A DNA stretch of 64,000 nucleotides from an uncultured Chloroflexia bacterium (GTDB lineage: Bacteria; Chloroflexota; Anaerolineae; Anaerolineales; Villigracilaceae), in the NCBI GenBank assembly GCA_963754835.1, contig CAVWHR010000047.1, positions 35,568 to 99,567 of the forward strand, in the 5' to 3' direction. Under the pieces are notes generated by a model. That model was not told where the DNA came from and made no database searches. It saw nothing but the letters and a program-made list of their open reading frames with translations. Position numbers and translations under genes: made by a program. Of this stretch, positions 58,433 through 64,000 are shown in pieces (the first letter of the stretch is position 1; every line of letters starts with the position of its first letter).

Positions 58433-59749
58433 ATGAAAGCAATTCTTTTGGACGGTTCCCATCTTAACGACACTACCGGCGAGCGTGTCTGCGCAGCCAT
58501 GATATCTGAATTACGATCCAGCGGTTGGGAGATCGAGCATATCCTGCTCAGGGAAAGGAAAATAGGCAACTGCGCCGGCGACTTCTTCTGCTGGATCCGC
58601 AACCCCGGTGTATGCAATGTTGATGATGACAACCGCGACATCGCCAAAGCCATCATGCATGGCGATCTGATGATTTATCTTACGCCGGTCACCTTTGGCG
58701 GTTATTCATCGGCCCTGAAGCGCATGGTCGACCACCAGATCCAAAACATCTCGCCCTTCTTTACGCAGGTCAACGGTGAAACGCACCACCAAAAGCGCTA
58801 TGCCAAATATCCCGACTTCCTTGCAGTTGGCTGGATGGATGTCCCCGATGCGCAAGCCGAGGCAGTATTCCGATTTTTAGCCTGGCGCAATGCCATCAAT
58901 TTTCATGCAAAGACCGCGGTTACAGGCTTGGTCTTTGCGAGTCAGGTCGACGAAGAGCTCCGCGGTTCGGCGCATGGTTGGTTGAGCGATCTCCAGAAAG
59001 GCAAGTCCTTGAAACCTGCAAGCCTGCCCGAAAACCATGGGACTACTTTGGAAATAAATCCGATCCGTCGTGCGCTTTTGCTTGTCGGAAGTCCGCGCAC
59101 AAGAAAAAGCAGCTCTTATTCGCTGGGCGGCTATCTTTTTGAGCAATTGAGCAAACACAATATCCAGACTGATACCATTCACATCCACACTTCCCTGCGC
59201 TCGCCTGAGCGGATGCGCGTCCTGCTGAAAGCAGTCGACGAGGCAGATCTGGTATTGCTGGCTTTCCCACTGTACGTGGACTCTCTGCCGGCGCCGGTCA
59301 TTGAGGCATTTGAACGCATCGCCGCGTACAGATCAAGTCATGAAAGGACTCCGCGGCAGTCTTTCGCCGCCATTGCCAACTGCGGCTTCCCTGAAGTACA
59401 TCATAATGCGGCCGCGCTTGCGATCTGCGAGACATTTGCCCGGCAAGCAGGTTTCGATTGGGCCGGTTCATTGGCGCTTGGCGCAGGACAAGGACTGGTA
59501 AATGGCACGCCGCTCGCCGAACTGGATGGGCGCGCCATTTCGTTAAAAAGATCGCTCGAAATGGCAGCCGAGGCACTGGCGAATGGAAACAGCATCCAGC
59601 GCGCGGCGGTGGAATTGATGGCTAAACCGGTCATCCCTGCCTGGCTGTATCGGCTCTCGGGAATCTATGGCTGGAGACAGCAAGCCAAAGTGTATGGCGT
59701 GGCGAAATTACTCAAACGCCGGCCATATTACGATGCAGTAGCTCGATAG
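58433..59749 (+). CDS. Two-domain flavodoxin-like / NAD(P)H-dependent oxidoreductase-like protein
   Basis: ATG at 58433 follows AAGGAG. MKAILLDGSH.. and a second LLLVGSPRTRKSSSYSLG.. module resemble flavodoxin-fold FMN reductases. I reject the upstream extension to 58310. Confidence 0.5.
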   Translation: MKAILLDGSHLNDTTGERVCAAMISELRSSGWEIEHILLRERKIGNCAGDFFCWIRNPGVCNVDDDNRDIAKAIMHGDLMIYLTPVTFGGYSSALKRMVDHQIQNISPFFTQVNGETHHQKRYAKYPDFLAVGWMDVPDAQAEAVFRFLAWRNAINFHAKTAVTGLVFASQVDEELRGSAHGWLSDLQKGKSLKPASLPENHGTTLEINPIRRALLLVGSPRTRKSSSYSLGGYLFEQLSKHNIQTDTIHIHTSLRSPERMRVLLKAVDEADLVLLAFPLYVDSLPAPVIEAFERIAAYRSSHERTPRQSFAAIANCGFPEVHHNAAALAICETFARQAGFDWAGSLALGAGQGLVNGTPLAELDGRAISLKRSLEMAAEALANGNSIQRAAVELMAKPVIPAWLYRLSGIYGWRQQAKVYGVAKLLKRRPYYDAVAR

Positions 59750-59805
59750 CAGCAAGCGATACAAATGCTCGCCCGCATTTTTTTCACCCTATAAAGAGCC
59801 AAAAC

Positions 59806-60927
59806 ATGGGCAAAATACAATCTCGTCCCATCCTAAGTCGCCGTGATTTCCTGAAAATTCTGGCAGCCACCGGTGCGATTACAGCAGGCGGATATGTTCT
59901 TTCCGAATACACACCATGGCTAAATTACGACCAACAAGCCAACAATGCCCGCAGGCCCCTTGAAAGGTATTCTACTGTGTCAGCACAAATGCGAGAACTT
60001 GTCCGTTATGCGACGCTTGCCGCAAGCGGGCACAACACCCAGCCGTGGAAATTTGCTATCAAAGAGAACGTTGTTGAAATCCATCCCGACTATACCCGCC
60101 GTTTGGCAGTCGTTGACCCCAATGAACGGGAACTATGGATCAGCCTGGGCTGTGCGCTGGAAAACCTGCTGGTGGCTGCCCGTGCCGCAGGATATGCACC
60201 CGAAGTGACCTACCCTGACGCAGCGGATTTTATTGACATTCGTCTAACAAAGGATGTCCCGCAAAGGTATCCGTTGTTCGACGCTATCTCTGTACGCCAA
60301 AACACCCGCTCGGAATATGACGGGCAAACCATTAAAAGTGAGGACTTTGACCAGGTGCAGGCCTTGCCGCTGGAACCAGGCGTGGTTCTGCAGTTTGCTA
60401 CAAGCCGTGCTGATTTGGAGACGGTTTTGGGATATGTCAATGAGGGCAATCTAAGTCAGTATGCCAACAAAGCGTTTCTGGATGAGCTGATTCATTGGCT
60501 GCGTTTCGATAAGAAGGAAGCCTTGGCTTGGCTCGATGGCCTGTATTCGCGCTGTTCAGGCAATCCAGAAGTGCCGCGCTGGCTTGGTCAGATGTTTGTG
60601 GCGGGTACCAAGCCGCCGCAGCAGGCCAATTCCGACGCCAGCAAACTGCGCAGTTCCCCCGGCGCAGTTGTTATTGCGTCGGAATCAGATGACAGGATCA
60701 CATGGGTACGCACGGGACAGGTGTACGAGCGCATGGCACTCAAAATGACTTCGTTGGGCGTCAAATCGGCTTTCCTGAACCAGCCTATTGAAGTAGCAGG
60801 TGTTCGCGGGCAGTTCCAGAGTGCCATAGGACTCGGAAATGCTCTACCTCAGTTGCTTATCCGCTTTGGCTATGCCGACCCAATGCCGCGTTCTCTACGC
60901 CGCCCGATAGAACAGGTTATCATGTAG
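59806..60927 (+). CDS. Nitroreductase-superfamily (Acg-like) protein with a twin-arginine signal
   Basis: SRRDFLKILAATGAITAGG (Tat motif). YATLAASGHNTQPWKF is the nitroreductase signature. 373 aa, a two-lobed length. Confidence 0.7.
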   Translation: MGKIQSRPILSRRDFLKILAATGAITAGGYVLSEYTPWLNYDQQANNARRPLERYSTVSAQMRELVRYATLAASGHNTQPWKFAIKENVVEIHPDYTRRLAVVDPNERELWISLGCALENLLVAARAAGYAPEVTYPDAADFIDIRLTKDVPQRYPLFDAISVRQNTRSEYDGQTIKSEDFDQVQALPLEPGVVLQFATSRADLETVLGYVNEGNLSQYANKAFLDELIHWLRFDKKEALAWLDGLYSRCSGNPEVPRWLGQMFVAGTKPPQQANSDASKLRSSPGAVVIASESDDRITWVRTGQVYERMALKMTSLGVKSAFLNQPIEVAGVRGQFQSAIGLGNALPQLLIRFGYADPMPRSLRRPIEQVIM

Positions 60928-61281
60928 GCCGATGTATGCAATATCTATGTCGTTTTCGTTCTCAGGGAGCAGTAACGGAAAGGCCAAGAATCTTATAACC
61001 TTTTCTAGTCCGCTGCCTAAATGTATTTAGGAAATTCTTAGGCTGCAATAGCCTAAAGGGTTTTGAGTTGTTAAACCTCAACCACAGCTTCTTGGTAAGG
61101 CACGGCAAGAAGAACACTTGCCATCTTCGAGAGCTCACCACCTTGCATAAATCTCTACTGCACCACATACCGCTCCGCAGTACGTTGTACTGAAAATACC
61201 CATACTGAAATACTCAGTATGATATAAAGTCGGGTAGCGTACATATTGAAAGCTAATTTTTATTGAACTGGAGGAAACATC

Positions 61282-61953
61282 ATGGAAATGATTTGGTATT
61301 CCCATTTAGCATGGGTCTTAATTGCAGGAATATTAGGTTTTTTGATCCCTGTCATATTCTCCCAATGGCTACACCTATCTCGGTCGTGGTTTGTCGTCCC
61401 CTACGTTTTCATAACGGGAATATTTTCCTTCCTCTATTTTCGATGGGGTCAGATTGATTTTTGGGGATTAGTGCAGTACCAATGGGGTTGGGGAGTAATA
61501 GGTGCATTGGTTTTCGGTGTTTTTGTTGTCAAGAATGTTTTATCACAACCCGCTTCAAAAGGAGCAAAGGGGTGGCATTTGGCCTTGGAGTTGATTTGGT
61601 TGGGAGGGATGTATGGATTCATGGATGCAGTATTCCTCTCAGTTATCCCCGTGCTTGCAACGTGGAACGCATTCTCACAATTGGGATGGACAGCTTTATT
61701 GGAGGGTAAGCTCATAACAGGCCTCATCTGCCTGATAGCCAGTTTGCTGGTGACAGGAGCCTATCACCTGGGATATGAAGAATATCAGGGAACTGCTATC
61801 AAGGCCCCGCTATTTGGAAATGGGATGATGAGCTTTGGGTATCTGATCACGAGTAACCCAATTACTGCCATAGGCAGCCACATAGCGATGCACATTACAG
61901 CTGTATTGCATGGCCCAGAAAGGTCAGTGCAACTACCTCCACATTACAAATAA
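61282..61953 (+). CDS. Hypothetical polytopic membrane protein
   Basis: 223-aa ORF with about 6 hydrophobic segments. GGAGG lies upstream. Confidence 0.45.
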   Translation: MEMIWYSHLAWVLIAGILGFLIPVIFSQWLHLSRSWFVVPYVFITGIFSFLYFRWGQIDFWGLVQYQWGWGVIGALVFGVFVVKNVLSQPASKGAKGWHLALELIWLGGMYGFMDAVFLSVIPVLATWNAFSQLGWTALLEGKLITGLICLIASLLVTGAYHLGYEEYQGTAIKAPLFGNGMMSFGYLITSNPITAIGSHIAMHITAVLHGPERSVQLPPHYK

Positions 61954-62024
61954 GGATGGCGGAATAATTAGACGGCAGGATTGAGGCGACAAGAAAACAC
62001 CGCCCAACGCAATTCGTTTTAGGT

Positions 62025-62381
62025 TTGTTGACAGGAGTAGTAGGCAGGATGTTGCGATCAATCGTATTTATCAAGTCCATCCACACTTTGATCTTTGTAT
62101 TCATGAGTGGCGCGCTGGCAGTGCTCCTCTATGAGGTCGTTGTAGACAAGATCACGATCCTGACATGGATCGCAGTTGCACTTTTCCTCATTGAAGGCAT
62201 TGTGCTCATCGTCAATGGCTGGAAGTGCCCCCTTACCAATTATACGGAGAGGCTAGGCTCAACGCATGGCCAAGTAACCGATATTTTCTTGCCAAAGTGG
62301 TTCGCCGATCGTGTGTTCCAAATCTATGGCGTCTTATGGGCGGTTGCATTACTGCTCCTCGTTATCAGGATGCTCGATTAA
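62025..62381 (+). CDS. Hypothetical small membrane protein
   Basis: 118-aa ORF with 3 hydrophobic segments and a WKCPLT motif. Confidence 0.4.
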   Translation: MLTGVVGRMLRSIVFIKSIHTLIFVFMSGALAVLLYEVVVDKITILTWIAVALFLIEGIVLIVNGWKCPLTNYTERLGSTHGQVTDIFLPKWFADRVFQIYGVLWAVALLLLVIRMLD

Positions 62382-62520
62382 GAGATTGATTACCTTCGTC
62401 AAATGGCGAGTAGCGGGTCACAGGGACCTCCAGGTTATTGATGAAGGGTGACCCACTTGCTCGACCTTTTACTCATAGGTTCCTGGTTTAGGAAATTTAC
62501 GCTCCCGGGTACCCGATAGC

Positions 62521-62680
62521 ATAATTTCCATCACTGCTTGGCCATGGATGTCCCCTATATATGGGCATAGTCAATTTCGCCGACACCAAATATTGTATTC
62601 GCTTGCGATTACATCGCCAAAGCAATATTGGGGCAAGCTTGGGCGGTGGCGGAGGGCATGGAGAGAGTGTATCACGGGCG
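62521..62680 (-). repeat. Repeat family copy D, conserved core 62586..62680
   Basis: Same core as copy C over CATCGCCAAAGCAATATTGGGGCAAGCTTGGGCGGTGGCG. The 3' part is diverged. Confidence 0.75.
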
Positions 62681-62943
62681 CAGTGGAAAACAATAACTCT
62701 GGCTAATTCTCTTGTCACCAAGCAGCGACTATGGAAGCTATGATGACTGCTTCATGAAGCCATATCCATTGGACATATATATTGTAAGGGGATACTCTCC
62801 CTTAACCATTTTCGAGATGAAACGAACCGCGATTTGCTCACTAGACGGCAAATTATTACCGTACTTACTCTTGACCTGGGCACTGCCGGCTCGAATTTTG
62901 GCTTCTGGTTTCGGTTAGAGGTATTGAAGAAAATAGAATCGGA

Positions 62944-63474
62944 TTAGGATGTTTCACCGCTGTAAACCCATTGGGTGATCTGCCCCCTATGGAAGTTGAA
63001 ATGAATGACCGGGTAGTGAAATAATTTCTCGATTGTCATGAATTCACTGAAAGTGGAGTCCCATCGGGTTGGATAGTACATCCCAAGTCCCCATTCATCA
63101 TCTTTGATCGAGTCGATTTGCTTCAAAAGGGAAAAATAGGCAATGTCATACAATTTTCCGATCCGTCTGTATGTAAATAACCGCGCCTGGAGCCGGGCGC
63201 CAAGAGCGTTAATCCGGTTGAATGGACCTGTGAACGCATTCAACAATTCTGCGAACGTTTTGGATGCCAATTTTGGGAAGTGGCCCCATAGACGCGCCAT
63301 CGGAAGAAGGGTATTCAGAATGATGAATCCGAAGGTCATATGAGCGAGGATTTCGCCATTTGTCCATCCCGGGTTGCGGCTTTTCTTACGCAGATCATTT
63401 TCTGATAACGAGTCAAGCAGAGCGTGAAAAGTTATGCGCGTCGATTCCAATTCGGACCGGATGGCGTCTTTCAT
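62944..63474 (-). CDS. DinB-superfamily protein
   Basis: 176 aa. The N-terminus LESTRITFHALLDSLSENDL..GWTNGEILAHM is typical of the DinB/DinB_2 helical bundle. Confidence 0.6.
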   Translation of the reverse strand: MKDAIRSELESTRITFHALLDSLSENDLRKKSRNPGWTNGEILAHMTFGFIILNTLLPMARLWGHFPKLASKTFAELLNAFTGPFNRINALGARLQARLFTYRRIGKLYDIAYFSLLKQIDSIKDDEWGLGMYYPTRWDSTFSEFMTIEKLFHYPVIHFNFHRGQITQWVYSGETS

Positions 63475-63995
63475 GATGGCTTCTCTTGGGTGATGTAAAA
63501 GGTGACACCATAGGTTATCAGGGCAAATATGAAGGCCAGCGACATGCCGAGCGATTCGGTATCGTTACCGCCGCGATTTAGGAACGTAAGTCCGTTTGAG
63601 AAAGCCGCCAATATAAAGAAGAGTCCGATGGACATTCCCACAATAATGGCTTTTCGGCGGCTCATGATGGTCAGGACAAAAAGTGCAATGCTGCCGAGCA
63701 GTAAAAGAATCGCATTGCCTACGTGGATTGTCAGCATCACGCCACCGCCACCGCCAAGCGCCCAGGGAATGCTTGGCGCATACGAACCCTGCGTGCCCGG
63801 ATGAGTATCGGGCAGCTGGGTGTAAAAGTTTATAAGCATACCGGCTATAAACTGAATAACAAGTAAAGCCAATACGACCAGCATGCCGCCACGGAGAAAT
63901 GTTGGCTGCAATTGAAATTTAGTTATCGGTTTCATAACATTCCCCTTTGTATTATTCTCTCTTTTCGTCATCTCACTCTCCTTGTGAAAAATCAT
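63471..63995 (-). CDS. Hypothetical membrane protein (4 TM)
   Basis: 174-aa ORF with an ATGA overlap with the DinB-like gene. Confidence 0.45.
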   Translation of the reverse strand: MIFHKESEMTKRENNTKGNVMKPITKFQLQPTFLRGGMLVVLALLVIQFIAGMLINFYTQLPDTHPGTQGSYAPSIPWALGGGGGVMLTIHVGNAILLLLGSIALFVLTIMSRRKAIIVGMSIGLFFILAAFSNGLTFLNRGGNDTESLGMSLAFIFALITYGVTFYITQEKPS

Positions 63996-64000
63996 TCGCG

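Noticed and set aside
1-64000. Search by eye for tRNA (T-loop GGTTCGAATCC-like), rRNA, tmRNA or riboswitch-like leaders.
   Set aside because: I noticed no convincing cloverleaf or conserved motif. A covariance-model scan (tRNAscan-SE, Infernal/Rfam) would be needed for certainty.

Overview
Bacterial chromosomal window. I found no rRNA, tRNA or CRISPR array. The gene content (a WXG100/FtsK-SpoIIIE secretion locus, many STAND/TPR/TIR/FHA multidomain proteins, IS630- and IS5-like elements) suggests a filamentous monoderm-like lineage such as Chloroflexota. That assignment is inference only.

Layout:
1. 1-3.7 kb: glycosylation genes (a GT2 fragment, a decayed membrane GT2, a GT-C-like polytopic protein).
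2. 3.8-22.8 kb: type VII-like secretion locus. It holds an EssC/EccC-like 3-P-loop ATPase, three WXG100 genes, two toxin-like substrates sharing one N-terminal domain, two EspG-like paralogs and a YukD-like/FHA fusion. It also holds a Thr-phosphorylation module: kinase plus pseudokinase in inverted orientation, two receptor-type PP2C phosphatases, a vWA-TM-FHA protein and an FGE-like lipoprotein.
3. 23.0-25.05 kb: an IS5-like element nested in the terminus of an IS630-like element.
4. 25.3-26.8 kb: an AT-rich orphan membrane gene and a YjbQ-like gene.
5. 27.5-35.0 kb: LacI-controlled sugar locus (ABC binding protein, two permeases, CE7 esterase, sucrose phosphorylase). The transporter lies in a ~3.1-kb high-GC patch: hand-counted 60-nt samples give about 68% GC inside versus about 40-55% in the flanks.
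6. 35.9-51.1 kb: the most unusual feature, a seven-gene translationally coupled operon. It encodes a STAND NTPase-helical repeat-TM-double Asp-box propeller protein, four TM-propeller paralogs, and a sensor-less TIR-STAND protein.
7. 51.2-55.6 kb: a TM tandem TrkA-N protein, a PfkB-like/AAA+/2xRyR protein and a small 2-TM protein.
8. 56.2-64 kb: ICMT-like methyltransferase, a TetR/flavodoxin-like/Tat-nitroreductase module, DinB-like and membrane proteins.

Four direct-orientation copies of a ~100-240 nt repeat, apparently relics of an IS91-like transposase 5' region, partition the accessory modules.

Major caveat: the assembly carries about 25 frame disruptions, of which 20 behave as single-base insertions. 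Many of the pseudogene calls below may therefore be sequencing artefacts.
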